Shown: positions 1 through 14,600 of the stretch, piece after piece
How the letters are laid out: every line of letters begins with the position of its first letter
Position numbering within the stretch: position 1 is the stretch's first letter
Assembly: GCA_037379345.1 (NCBI GenBank)
Contig: CM074511.1
Location: forward strand, 47,808,862-47,872,861
Source: Perna viridis
Lineage: Eukaryota
Length of the DNA: 64,000 bases
Reading direction: 5' to 3'
Notes under the pieces: generated by a model
Told to the model about the DNA's origin: nothing
Seen by the model: only the letters and a program-made list of their open reading frames with translations
Databases searched by the model: none
Made by a program: the position numbers and the translations under genes

Positions 1-2302
1 ACATTTTCTGGAATCAAACATTGAACATTAAAATCACAAAAAGATGGGATGGCAAAAGTTTAAAAAAAAAACCAACACAAGTTGGAACTGAAAATAATAT
101 TGTGCTGAAAATCAAATTATATTTATTGTACCCATTTTGAAAGATCAGTTCTCATGAAAAGGGGGATAAAAATGCCCATAACAATATACCTCAAAAACTA
201 CAAATGGGATTTTGCTGAGAATTGATTTCAATCAGTATATTAGATTTCAAAAATTGTATAAGTTTGGAAAAATAATCAGTTTTCAAGTTAATACTAGAAA
301 TGATCATCTGATGGACGGACACACCTGTCAATTAAAAGGGAGGTAACCTAACCAATATGTGTGGCAGGATATGTAAACCCTTATGTATAGTGTACAAACA
401 ATTTATTAGGTGTATTGTTCATAAAACCTAAAAACAGAAAAAGTAAACTGAAACACAAAAGTCACGGTTAATTAAAACATGCAATATTGTATTGTCAGCA
501 TTCAGCATTATAACATTTGTTTCATTTCATGTGAATTTTGTACAATCTGATGTATATGAAAATTTTGAAGAACTGAGGAAAAGAAACACTTTTCATCCCT
601 TCAACCACTAATAATACAAACTCAATACTAAAATGTTTATTCATTTCACAGAAATTCCACTCCATGAATTTGTTACAATTTCTATTGATAAAAGAGTCTC
701 TTAGATGATTTTATCCCAAAAATTAACTTTTCTATAACAGCAAACTATTTATTACTTAAAACTCTTGAATACATTTTTTTAATCGGTGATTAAATTTCCA
801 AGCTTTTTAAAAAGGCAATTTTCTGTAACAATAAAATTTCCATTAACATACAGAATTGTACAAAGGCTATATATAAATATAAGTGCATTCCCCATCACTG
901 TGTGCAGCTAACTGGCATGCATATTGGTAGATATTATATATCTACAGTGACATACTCTCACTTTCTACTTTTGGACTTAATCCAATTATTGATGTTATTA
1001 TTCGCTTTTTTGACTCAGCCTTCGACAATTTGACCATTGGTTTTTCAAGCCGAGGAATAAGACCTGTTAAGGTATGTACATGTGAGTTAAGAATTGAATC
1101 AGGTGATAGATTTACCATAATATTGTACACTGAGCAAGTTGTTTATATTTACAATATGTGGTATTTAGATAAAAAGATATACACAATGTATTGTCCAAAC
1201 CAGATATATTAACTCTACCTTTATTTAAGAGACCTTGTCCTACAATATTTATCATTTACATGATTAAACAATAAGTATAAAAAAATAAAGCTGTATCTTC
1301 AAGCTACCACATCTTTAATACACTTCTGCTTTTTTAAGGATTTCACAACTCTATCAAAAACACAAAGAAATTCCAAGAACCAATTCTGTGCCACCTATGT
1401 ATCTTTTCAAATATTAAAATCAGACGTGAGACTTATGCATTATATATTGTATATTTTCAGGGATGATTTTACAAGGTTGTCAAACAAAGTGGAAATTGGT
1501 AAAATTGGAAATAAATATACAGTAAAAAAAAAAGAATCATAACAGTAAAATCTGGTTTTCAATAAGCTGAATTCTGCTAAAAAGCGAAAAAAAAATCATC
1601 CCTGATAAATTGATCCTATTCCAACTACAATTTTGGCTACATCAAACCTACCATCAACAGCGTTAGGAACATGATAAATTAAATCTGGCAAGGAAGAAAT
1701 CATGTAATATTTCAGCAAAATAGAATAATCTTATATCAAATTATTAACATTTTCATAAACCAGTAAGTTCTAAATTTCAAACAAAGCCATTAAAGGTCAT
1801 TCTAAATTTCTTTAAAATCATACTGACATAAAATAAAGAGGAAGGTTAAACCTATTCAAAAATGAAAGAACAACAAAATATATCCAGGCCAAAAACAGGT
1901 AGCTCAATTTGTTGTGTTTAAATTAAAAAAAGTTTTGGTCAATTCAATATAAATCACATAAAGTTCATTATAATCTAATTGCTTATCATTTTGAATATAA
2001 TGGATAAGGACCTTTTTTAAGTGCAAAATAGCTCCTTATTATCAAATCTACAGCTGCTACAACTAGCAGGGTATTCATTGTCTATACTAGCCATATACAG
2101 AACAAAAAAACATGTATCAATATATTAAGAAATTTATACTACTACATGTATATCGAAATTATAAGCTCACACACTTTCCTATTTCAAATAAAGATATAAA
2201 AGCAACTTTATGATAACTAGAAGCTTAACACATAACTTGAATATTTTTCACACATCTAGATAAATAATTTTAACATTATTAAGGAACTAAAATAAAATAT
2301 AC

Positions 2303-5300
2303 CTTTTTCCTCAGCAAATCTGTAGAGTCCTGCCATGGGGTCAGCACCAGGTGACAGGACAAATATCAATGGTGTAAAATACTGAGAATCATTGAAGCTA
2401 AGAGATAGGTCAAAGGTAGGTGGCTCTACATATTTATGTTCCATGGTATCAACTATGAAATTCTGTATTGCAGGTACCATCTGTTGTAAAAACACATTTA
2501 AGCATTTGTACAATTTAACTCTTAACTTATAATGAAGATATCTACATTTGTATGAAAAACTAACAGACTTTCTCCTTTTAATGTTAAATTGAAATTTAAA
2601 AATGTTGACCAACATAAAAGTAAGTCCTAATAGTTTTTATGTTGACATGAAATTGTGGAAGAGAAAAATCAAATGTATTTTTTTTTCTTCATACATTTTT
2701 GAAAAAAATTTCCATGAAATATGAAGACACCAAAGTAATTCCTTATTTCACTAAGATAGAATATTTGACTTAGTTTGACCCACCTTATCAGGCCTGAGAC
2801 ATCTGAGAACTATTAACTTCTGTAATCTGTCCAGTTTATCCCACGGCTTTGGTAGTTCCTCTGTGTGGGGCATTGGTGAATCATAAATTTTCTTCCACTG
2901 TGTCAGCTATAATAACAAAGGTACATAGTATGAATTCATCACATCCCATGTACGAGTACAAATATATCTGTCAACAATTATAAAGTTTACTTTCTCAAAA
3001 ATATAAATCCGGCCTGAGTTTCATAAAAAAAAAAAAAAAAAAAAACTCAAATTGAAGTTTTCCTCAAATCATTGAATTTTCTCTTAAGTCTTCAATTTCA
3101 AGTGATTTGATTGGCAGACATTTGAGTTGAGGAAGAATCTGAGGAAGAAACTTGAGATTCTTTATGAAACTGGTAAACCATGCATTATTTAATAGATTGG
3201 TGACAGATACTACAATGTTGTCATTTTTCGCAATTTAGTTTTCTAATAATTAGCTAAATTTGACAGCATCATTTCGTTAACATTCTTTGCAATATCCTTC
3301 TCTGTGTCTTAATGTCACTTCTATTTACTATTTGGTACATACCAAGGTTTTAAATTGATCCATAAAACCTTTAAATGCAGGTAAGTCTGAGCACCGAACA
3401 ATTTCACTCCATGACTTGACAGGTAACCAAGCTGAAGCAGGATTAGGGAATGGATTTTCTAATGCCACACCACCAGTCAAAAGAAATCTCCACTCTCTAT
3501 CATCAATCTTCCCTCTGTTAAACAGTAATCATACAATACACTAAATGCAAACATGATGCTGAATGCCATTTCATGCTTATAACATAAAGCTCATTTCATA
3601 ATACATCAATATGTTTCTGCTTTAAACTTATGCAGAAAAAAATAAAAAAGTGCTATAGAGAAATAATGCAGACATCATCAAGTCTCAATACAAATAGATC
3701 AATATTTTATTTCAAAATGTTAGTAATAAAAATGAAATCTCATGAATTTAAGAAAAAAAAATCTTGGGACAAAGACTAACCAAGAAAAAAGATAAAACTC
3801 AATACATAAAAAAAATTTACTCAAAGAATACACACATTAACTGTGAATAACATGGGTTCACTTAAAAACTGTCAGTATGGAACAGGTAAATCAATTATAT
3901 CATTCAAATATTTCAAAGAAAATTTAACACAGTTCAGAAACAAAACATATTATATAGCCTTAATATCGTTACACGCCAATGTCATACGTAAAGTAAACAC
4001 CACATATTTGACATGGAGTATGATCGGCGGCGGAGTGATATCTTAATGCAAACTTTGCAAGGAGAATAACCGCCAGAGTGTTATTTTTGTAGTTATATGT
4101 TGAAATGTCTACCCTGGTTACGTAATTTGGTTGCCAACGATCTCTAAGTCAAGTTCAGTCTATAAATAGACTTCCTTGACAAAAACAAGTATTCAGAAAA
4201 CATGTCACTACCTCTACATCATCCAAGTACATAAGCATTTGTTTTTTTTTCAAACTTACTCTTGTTTCTGTATTCCAATACACAGCAGGAAAGAGAACAA
4301 TAACTTGTGATTCTCAAACAATGATCGACAAACATTAATGTAAATACTATAAGTAAAATGTTCATTTAGGTTCTCTATTCTTTTCTCTAAGTCTGGTGAC
4401 TGCTCACTGTTCAATATTGACTGAAATAATAAAAAAAAAAATTGAAAAAATATTAAACACAAAAAGTACAGGTATGTTAGGGAAGTACACATACTTAATA
4501 TTTTCTTGTGAATTTCATGTGGCTTTCACCTGTCAAAAATAATCATATAAATTTTGTGACAGGCCTCACTTAAATCAAATGAATTACGCCTTCACATAAA
4601 GTTTTCACATAAAAATCATGTGAAGTGAATTTCACATGGAATCATATCAATTTCATATACAGTAGATGTGAAACTCAATTCATGTAATCCATTGACACTA
4701 TCATTAAGAAATCAAACAATTGAAGAAAAAAAAGATTCAATAATTTTTTCCTCTGTCATGAATATAAATGATTTTGCATATACTTTCTTAACTTAAAAAA
4801 GCTAAAGTGACATAGCTACATTTCAATAATGACATCAAATTGTCAATTGGCAGCACCTATGAAAAGTAAATTGTATTAAACTGACCTGTATATAGAGGTT
4901 AATGAACCAAGACAGTGAATACTGATACATGGGGTCAATATTAGCCAGATCCTGGATCACAAAGAATAAAATACTTCCATGCTTTGCAACCTATAAAACA
5001 ATACATTGCCTATAAATAAATCATTACAACTCCGTGATTCTTTACATTAAATAACTGTGTTGGCCAAAAGAACCAGAAAATACTTCACTGAAAAACCTAT
5101 GTTTTTATACAATAGGGAAAAACAAACATTTCTATATGTTGCATTATTCACTTTGTTAAAACCATATAAATATGTTTCTATAATATTTTTAAGTGAAATT
5201 ATGAAGTGACATACAGGTTTATAACCATCCCTGACTTGGTCAATCTTGGTCTCTGTAGCAGTAGCTATTTCCTGTTTCTCTGATATCTCCTGAGACAACA

Positions 5301-8300
5301 CTTTACTGGATGACAGAATCTGTATGGCCTTCTCATCATCTAATATGTTACCCTGGTAAGTTAATCAGAGGATGTGATGAAGAACAAATAAATACAACCA
5401 TTAATCTAGTTTGGTAAAGGAAAAAAAAGGATGTTCTTGTTCCTTTGAACCATGTTATGTAAAAACTATGCTTCTGAAAGGATGTCATCATGACCAACAT
5501 GACATACACATGTAATAAAAAATCTTTAAAAATAATTAAAAATCTTTTGACCAGTTTAGCAGAAGAGATAGACATACTTTTAGACTTTATACTCAAATTA
5601 AATTTTTCAACAAACAATGATGTTTACACTAAATAGTCCTTATATCTTACTTTAAGTAAGAATACTGAAAATGTAATGTCATTGGATTTGGCAATTCATA
5701 ACACTATCTCCTATTTACAATAATTTGAAAGTACTTTAATTTGGGGATACCAAATTTCGTGGATTAGGAAAGTTACTCAGGTTCGTCAATTTGTGAATTC
5801 ATGGTTTTGTGGTTTTCAGTACACACATGAATAAGAATCTCCTTTTCATTGGAAAATGAATTTGGTGGTCTGGCTCACCCACAAAAACCACGAAAATTGG
5901 TAGCTCATGAACAATAATACTTTCACAGTATTTTGAAAGTGAACAACTAATGGAATCATTCTTTAAAGAGAATGAATTGGAAAATAAAAACACAAACCTC
6001 TGATGTTGACAAAACTTCCAAAATCTTATCTTCTATCTCTTTCAGTTGACGTTTGTTTTTGGCACTTTCTATGATGAGCTTGTTTTTCTTGTCCTCTAGA
6101 TCTGGTTTCTCTTTAGCAGCTACAATACCCAACAGCTGATCTTCTAACCCTAACAGGGTGATCATAAAGTTGATCAAAGTAACCTTCAAGTATAAATAAG
6201 AAACATAATTTCCTCACATATAATATATGGTTGACTAGGTTGTCAAGATGTCATTGTTTATAAATCTAACAAAATAAGTATTCCTTTTTCATTCTGTCAA
6301 TACTGTTATATTTCTGCATAATTTTTGTGAGGTTTTCTTGTAAATGACAGAGTGCCTTCTTTTCGATCTTTTTTTTTTCATTTTCTCTTCAGCTTTTCTT
6401 AAAACAGGATTTTTTATGTGTATGTGTATTACAAACCTTAACAGAAACCTCAGGAAGATAATGTGGATTGCGTAACCTTGTTGTTATGTAAAGTTTAAAA
6501 TCTTTACTGTATTCAATGATGTTGTCGCCCACTCTTATGTAATCCATGTTATTCTAAAAAATAGTAATAACTGTAATTAGAAAAATTCTTTACATCATAT
6601 TTCAAAGAATCATGATAAACCAATAAGCATAAGTCTAAAAGTTTTTTTTAATCATTCATTTAATAGGTATTCTAACTTCCATACTTTAATCAAACTGAGT
6701 GACATTTACACACTTAGTTGAAGGCATTATATTTGTTGTAGTTTAATTTTGTTTTAAGGCCAAAATAAAAAATATCCTAGATTCTCATCCCCTCCTGACC
6801 CAATTTTTTCACCCTTCCCAAAACATTTCAATTTGATTTGTTTTCCCTATTTTTCAGTCAAATTGATAAAAAATAAAATTCTTCTGCTTGCCCCTAATTT
6901 TGAAAAATGTTGGATGAGAATCTAGGATTTTATTTATTATGGCATTTAGGGCCTTACTAATTTGAATTTCTAACACTAACCTGTTTGAATGTTTGTTTAA
7001 GTAGAACAGGGTCCAGGATTGGATCTAATTCTTCTCCTACATTCTCCAGTAAACATGGATTTCCAAACTGAAAATAACAGCAAGACAATGACACAAAACT
7101 AGAACATATATGTAGAATATTTGAATAAATTCATCAAAATACTTAAAACCCTGTGAGATCTACAATGAAATACTATGGTAAAATCAGGTTACAATTATTC
7201 AACAAAAATAACAATGTCACTTAAAAATCTCAACTCTGAAATATTTTGCTGAATTTAATTAACTATTCCTAAAGCAAATCAATATAACAAGATACTGGCT
7301 AAAATCCTACAAACCTGAACACAATTTTCTAGTTGTCTGCTGTAGTTAGGATCAGAGAGTTTGATGACTTCCAATTTATTTGATTTTTCCATGTTTTTGA
7401 TCCACTTATTAGCCTGACCTTGTGGGTCTATCATCAGAGGCCATCGATTGGCATTCATCACTACTATTGCATTTTCTAGTGAATAACTGAAAGTAAAGCA
7501 TGTCCAATTCAGTGGTGTAACCAGGGCCAAACCAATGTGGAAGCCTTTCATAGCACAGAAAAAGGAGGGATGTACTTAAGTTGGTTTCTAGCATGTTGAT
7601 GCATCAGCTTGAAATACATTGTAGTTATGCAACTGGAATGCTACTTAACTTGTACAAAAATCATTGATATATTACCAACTGCTTTTGACCAAAATAAAAG
7701 CAGAAAATCAGTACAATAAATATTGAGGCTGCATTATGCAAGATGAATGAGAATGTTTTAGAGATAAGATTAACATTTTAAATTGATGGCAATGCCTGAA
7801 TTTTAAGATTTAAATTTTGGCCCCTTTTGTAGCTGGTAAAGACTATACATACACAAAAAGCTTTATGCAGTAAAATGGAACATCTGTTTCATTGCTACAT
7901 AACATGTATAAAAATGCAAGTTGGTGTCATGCCATCTCTTCTTCTCTTTCTTACAATATACTCAGCAGTCATAGATATTTGGTCTTTAAATACTTAGTAT
8001 TTTTCAGACTTATTCAGACTAAAGAAAACAAGCCATACATTTTTTGCTAAAAATCACTTGTATACATACTTATCTACAGGTAAACCTGCTATCTGCCAGT
8101 CTCTGATCTTGACAGGGTTCCCCAATGTATTCTGTATGGAGAAGTTTTCTGACACAGGAATGTTCCTTTCTTTACACATGGTATACCACTCCTTCAGACA
8201 TTCCTATACATAATACAATATAATGAAAAAATCATAGACAAAAGCACTGCAAGCTTTAGTATTAACTAAAAATGGCAACACTTTACATATTCACATAAAC

Positions 8301-11300
8301 ATAAACGTAGGCATATTCATCTTCAAATTGTTAAGTGACACTGCAATAATCTCAATATGATTAAGAAATAATTCCTGGAAACTCCATTTTATCATTGTTA
8401 TACCATGGGCTGGCCATTTATGTTGCACAGTTTTACCATGAGCAATAGCAAGGGTTAAATACGACATAAATGGTCAGCCTGTGGTGAAACAATGGGTTTA
8501 GGGTTAGGGTTAGGTTTAAGACAAGTTTCTTTATATTTTTCAATAAACGCAGACTCTGTGTTGCACGGAATGTTGTTCTTGTGTTTATCACTTTTTACCA
8601 TGGTTATGGTCTGATGAGCTTTGAGGCACGTCACATTAGAACAGTACTTCTATCTATAATCTAACAATACCTGTCTATAATCTAAGATAAAGGGTCCCAG
8701 GTAGGCAACAATACTGGCTGATAATAAAACATCTCCAACAATATTGTCATATGTCTCTGTTAAATCTTCTACATTCTAAAATGGACCAATTTCAATGCTT
8801 TAAAATAATGAATTGGTATGTGTAAATTGTATGCTGTCAGTGCTCTTTGATAAGGCTAGTTGGACTACTCTATAAACCAAATTATCTTGGCAGATACATT
8901 TTGTTTTATTATCTCAGCTAAAGTACAAAGCAAATTATATTGAACATGTAGGTGAATGATGACTACTATTGATAAGTGAAGACTTTTTGTTTCTTTGTCG
9001 TCTAAAATAATAAATATATATTGATGCTAAATATTATTGTTGTTTCTTCTATTAAACAAATAAGGCCCCTCAATAGGCACTGGAATTGAAAGGACATGAT
9101 AAAATATCTTTCACTGTTGCCGTAACTATTTCTGTGGACTTGATTGCCACATGACCTGATAATAAGTATCACATAAAGGTTCAAAGAAGAGAAGAGATAT
9201 TTAATGTAGGAAATTACCTTGGTCCATCTTTCCTTCTCACCACCCAGTCCACTTATCAACTTTTCTGCTCTGTCTATCTTAACTTTAGTGAGCTCTATGT
9301 TGGTTTCCAAGTTCTGCAAATAATAAATGTGATCATTACATGTAACTCTTCAATGATTGGTAAAAAAGATCCCTTGCACATAGACCCAAGATAATGTAAT
9401 GAAATACCATTGAGTTGAAAATGAATGAATTGAACCACTCATGGTGAAGGTTACAGAAGATGGCCAAGAACAGGCAGAAGTAGAATCTCCTTGTTACTAC
9501 CCCAAATTTCACTTGGGTAAAATAAGCAGTAAGTAAGTAAGTAAATAAGTAAGTTAGTAAGTACAAATAATCCCCAGCAAAACACTGATATACAATAATC
9601 TCATGGTAAAAGCAAACTTAACAAATGCAAAAAGTTTAACCAGTTCATCATGTGTATCATACCTCCTTCTCATTTTGATTACTGGCAAGATTTTCTTCTA
9701 GTTCATTAAGTTCATCAGTAACAGCCTTAAGTTCTGCCCTTTTCTGTTGAAGATTGGCCATCTGTGTGGCTAATACAGCTTCAGCTGATTCCAAACTCCT
9801 CTTCTTTGGTGCAACCACCTGGAAAGCAAAATAACTGATCAATTGTTTCCATAAAAAGCTCAAGATTACAAATTACAATTTGTTGTAAACTCCACAAACA
9901 TAAAACAAGCTTTTTGGTAAAATATGCTAAAATGTCAAGTACTACTTAATGGCACTCTATTATATAATATTTTTGGATTTCTTTTAACTGAAAACTTTGT
10001 GCCAAAATCATATTTTTACAATGAGTCATAAGGTTCATTTTCAATTTCGAAATAAAAAAGGACAGGATTCACATTTAAGTGATATTAATACCATAGATGA
10101 AACACACCTCTGTTCAATGAAGTACCATATTAGTCCTTCCCCAAAAACAAAATAATCACCATCAAAAAGCTTGAACTTTAAGGTTACAAAACAAAATGCT
10201 AAAACCATACCTTAATGACTTTGTCATATTTCTCCATGGCCTTGACCCATTTACACAGACCTTCACAAGCAGAAGACACATTTTTAATGATTTGTGGATC
10301 AAAATCTGGATTGTTGATGTATTTTTGACGAATTTTGTTTATCACTGGAGGTGGAATGTTGTCCTTGTCATAATCTTTGAGCGATTCTAAAAACTTTAAA
10401 TCACCAAGCATCTAAAAAATAACAGGAAGACACATTTATTACATTTCTCATAGTTGTTTTGTTCTGCTGATTTTTTACTATTCCATGCTAATATATGTAA
10501 AACATATTTCCCAAGAGGGATTAGTTTAATGGTACTCTTATAGTTTGCAGTAGAATAATTTGTAAAATTAAGTTTGTCCTGATTTCTGTTACATTTGTTT
10601 CTTTTCTTCAAATCAAACTCATTTACTTGTATATGAAACTTGGATTTAGTTTCTCCTTGACTTTAAATACAAATCGAAAACATTTCTACTCACATGACCA
10701 TAACCTTATCACAACACAATACAAATGAGCCTTTTTGGTGCTCAACATCACTATGATTGTAAACTTAGAAGTATTCCATGACTTGCAATAACCTACCCTT
10801 TTGGCAGCTGGCCAGTAGTTCTCAAAAGGTTTACCATTGGAATCAACCTGCTTTTCTGGTTTGATTTGCTGAAAAGGAGAAAAAAAAACAACCTAAACTT
10901 TTCAACACAAACATGAAGATAGATAGAGGATGGAAAGAAAAACAGTATCATTAAATAGCACTGCCTCCAACCAAGGCTGTGGATATGACTGTATGAATTT
11001 ACTAACCTTCATGATACATATAGATTCCATGACAAGTTTGACACCAATTGGAGGGTTGGTCATTGTTTTAACTATTGTGATATCATTCTGTTTCAGAGTA
11101 TCTAAAGCTCCTATAGCAGCATTCAACAAAGGCATGGCAATATTTAGCTGTTCCTCACATTCATCCTATAAATAAATAACAATTAATTGTAGGATAACAT
11201 AAAGAAAAATGTGTTCATACATATAATATTAAATAAAGCCTCCTGTGTTTTTACCATTATTTAATTTCATTTTATTTTGCATTTAAGTAAAAATTTGAAT

Positions 11301-11627
11301 AGATTTATACTTTTTGCTTAAAAAAGTTACTTTTTATCAATATCTTTAACACATTCTATGGCCCTCCAATTAAAATGGAGGTGACAATGTATGAATAACT
11401 GTTATATGCTTTGTCAGAAATTATACTAGAAATGAATATGATACCTTGATGGCCTTGGCTTCACTGGCAGACTGACTGGCCACTTTTTCATCTTCCTCTA
11501 CCCTAGCTTTTGCTTCCTCTACTCTTTCTCTTTCCTTTCCAATAATTATTAATAACTCAGCAACCTCCTCTCCCTTCTGTATCAACTCTGGCTTTAACTT
11601 AATTAACATTTCTTGTAAACTGTTCAC
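2303..11627 (-). CDS. DNAH3: Dynein heavy chain exons 49-66, stalk/MTBD, AAA5 and start of AAA6
   Basis: Exons 11445-11627, 11007-11165, 10797-10868, 10211-10411, 9663-9818, 9218-9313, 8671-8775, 8070-8203, 7315-7486, 6981-7067, 6437-6553, 5998-6183, 5215-5352, 4886-4990, 4260-4420, 3343-3514, 2784-2906, 2303-2480. Motifs [53 protein letters not shown]. Confidence 0.95.
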
Positions 11628-14600
11628 CTGTAATAACAATAGACAAAGGTCACAAGAGTTTAATGTGAGATAACAATTAATTTTGTCAAATCAACATTCA
11701 CAAAGAAGTGCAAATGCTTCTAGCTTGATATAAATCTTATCTTTGACAAAGAACTACTATATAGAACATAATTTTTGCAAGGTGCTAATTTTGGCATTTT
11801 TTAGCAGTTTGTCTAAAACGCCAAAATGCATTCCACAAAATATTTACTCTGGGCATCAGCACTCAGTGCATCAATGAGCATCCATCAAAATTAGAAACGC
11901 CTAAATTTTTTCATACACTTCTTTGGCTCAAATTGCCAAATTTTATACCCGCTATATGATATTTCACTACTATTTTATTTGAGAAATATTTTGACTGAAG
12001 TAATATCTACAGAATCTAAAGTAGTTAATGCATTGTTAATTGGACCAACATTCATGAACCACTAATTTTAAGTCAAAGAAACATTATATTAAAATAAAAG
12101 GAAATTCTGACCTGTTGCTCCGAGTAGTCCAGTTTTTGTAGCCCAACAATATATCTTTCCTTCAGTGTAAGGATCTCCATTCTCTTCTTATCTAATAAAC
12201 TCTTAAATGTTTTAATCAGCTCCAGATAGGATGTAGGTGTCACATAGTTTCTTCTTCTTAGTGTTTCATAATACCTGTAAACATCATGAAATTGGTACTT
12301 TATAATCTGATACAACAGACAAAAGATTCTTTTTTTTTAATGTAAATGTAAGCAATTATCTAACTTATACTTGAAAAAAGATACATTAAATTTTCTTACA
12401 TGTGGCCACAATCACTTGCTTTGTTTTAAAAATATAGACTTATTAGCTACTATAAAAGAATGATGTACTATACATTTGAGTCAGAATATATGGTTACAAA
12501 TTTTAAATGAAACTTAGATGCTTTCATAAAGTAGGTGTTCGAACCGAACAAATTACTCACCATTCTAACATAGAACTGACACTTCAGCAGAAGAGTTGAT
12601 TTTGCAATTACTAGTACTTCATTCATAAACTTACCACTATTGATATCTGAAAAGAAATAGCCCTGACATTCTGATGGAAGTACCATTACCAGTCGTTCTG
12701 GCATGTACCCGACACTCTGATGGAAGTTCTGACAAACCTACAACATTCCTGACATTGACCTGACAATGCCCAAAGTACTGGCACAAAACTTACCTTTTGA
12801 CAAAGATGTAACACTCTCACTGAAGCACTGATACATTAAGAACCTCTCTGACATAGATCTGACACTTCGATTGAATTACCATCACATTATTTACCTTTCT
12901 GACATAGACCTGACACTCTGGTGAAAGTACTGACACATCTCAATAGTTTCGTCTCTGACCTCTGTGTCTCGTACTTTATCCTGAGACATCTCTACATACT
13001 CTAAAAACTTGTTAGCCACCAACTCCAAGGCATCTTGTGGCCATGCCTATAATATAAATAAATATATATTTGTGTACCCCTGCTTTAATTTATACTATGA
13101 ACTATGAATTTTTTCAGATAACTTTTCAACCCCAAAACATTTGAAGCATTTTCAATGTAATTTCCCCAAAGCTTATTCAGCACCCAAAAGTTCTACACTC
13201 ATTTTTTCATTACTTAAAGCATTTGACATGACAAGGAAGGAAAAACTCTCATTTTACTGTAAAACAACTAATATTCACGTTAGTAAACTTTCGCAAATTT
13301 TTGTCAATGGACTGATTCAAGGATACTAATTTTCGCAATATTGACATCACTCAAAATTGATATTCATGGATCTACAACTATCTTTTCAAATAAAATACAA
13401 ATAAAAATGAGTTCTCTTTCTTTGTCTTGTCATGTCTTTCTATGGACATCCCTCTTACATGACGGGAACCGCCATTTACTGTATAGTTAACGTTATTGAC
13501 TTTGTCTTGTCAACTGCCTATCAATGTTTATGGGTGAATGATTTTAATGCTACCAAAAATTATTTTATTGTGAATTAAAAATAAATATTTTATATACCTA
13601 TCTTATGTTTTTCTCAGGTATTAAGACGAAAATTAAAATCAAAGAAAGATAACTGTATTTGATCAACCAGAAGTTGAAAATTCGATGCAAAAATTGTACA
13701 CAAAACACCCAACCTGATCAATCCAATTTCCCTGACTTGTTCGTGGATATAAATTTTCGCGATTTTCACAGGCTCGCGAAAACCGCAAAAGTTTATATCA
13801 CGCGAAAATTTCTTGATTTACAGTAACTAGTAAACTCTAGGTCATGACTCTAAGAGAAAAATTTAAACTTACCATAAACCAGTCAATAGTACAACAGTTT
13901 ATGAGGGATGGAAACATTCTAATCCTGGCTCTGAAGGCATCTCCAATAGGACTAAAAGCTAGAACTATATGAAGATTCCTTCTTACTCTTTCTATAAACA
14001 TGTTGTACATGTTTAATGGAGTCATTTCCATCTGTAAGTTTAACTGCTGGGCCTTGATTTGCATCTGAAATTGTGAAGCAGTCATGATAAACCATTTTAA
14101 ATTTTAATACATATAAGAAGAGTTTAGGAAATCTGCATCCAATAAGGAAAGGTCTTTGTAAAGTTGTTAAAGGAAAGATTTTCTTCATTGATTTTTCTTT
14201 AAATTTCTATTTTCCAATAGACTTTTTCATGATCATTATTGGTACTCTAAGATACATTCAACAATAATAAAGTCCTAAATTAGATTTTTACAGTAATCTA
14301 GTAGTTTCCTTGCCTTTTCAATTATCTCCAACCTTTCTTCGTTCTCATATAGATTAGGTATATCACCTGTGTTCAGCATCATGTTCACATCCTCAAGGAA
14401 CGATTCATCCTAAAACACATTTATACATTTATTAAGTAAATATGCCAAACTACTTTATTTACACATCTAATATGCTTCCTCTTGACATCACAAATGGGAG
14501 AAAAATGCCATCAGAACAAGTTTTTGGACCTTTGTTAAAAAGAATAAAGACATGCCAAGAAAATGAATAACAATATTAGAAAAAAAGACACTTAAGCCCG

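Noticed and set aside
6143-6154. CTAACCCTAAC resembling a telomerase template
   Set aside because: Simply the antisense of codons LLGLE in a dynein exon.
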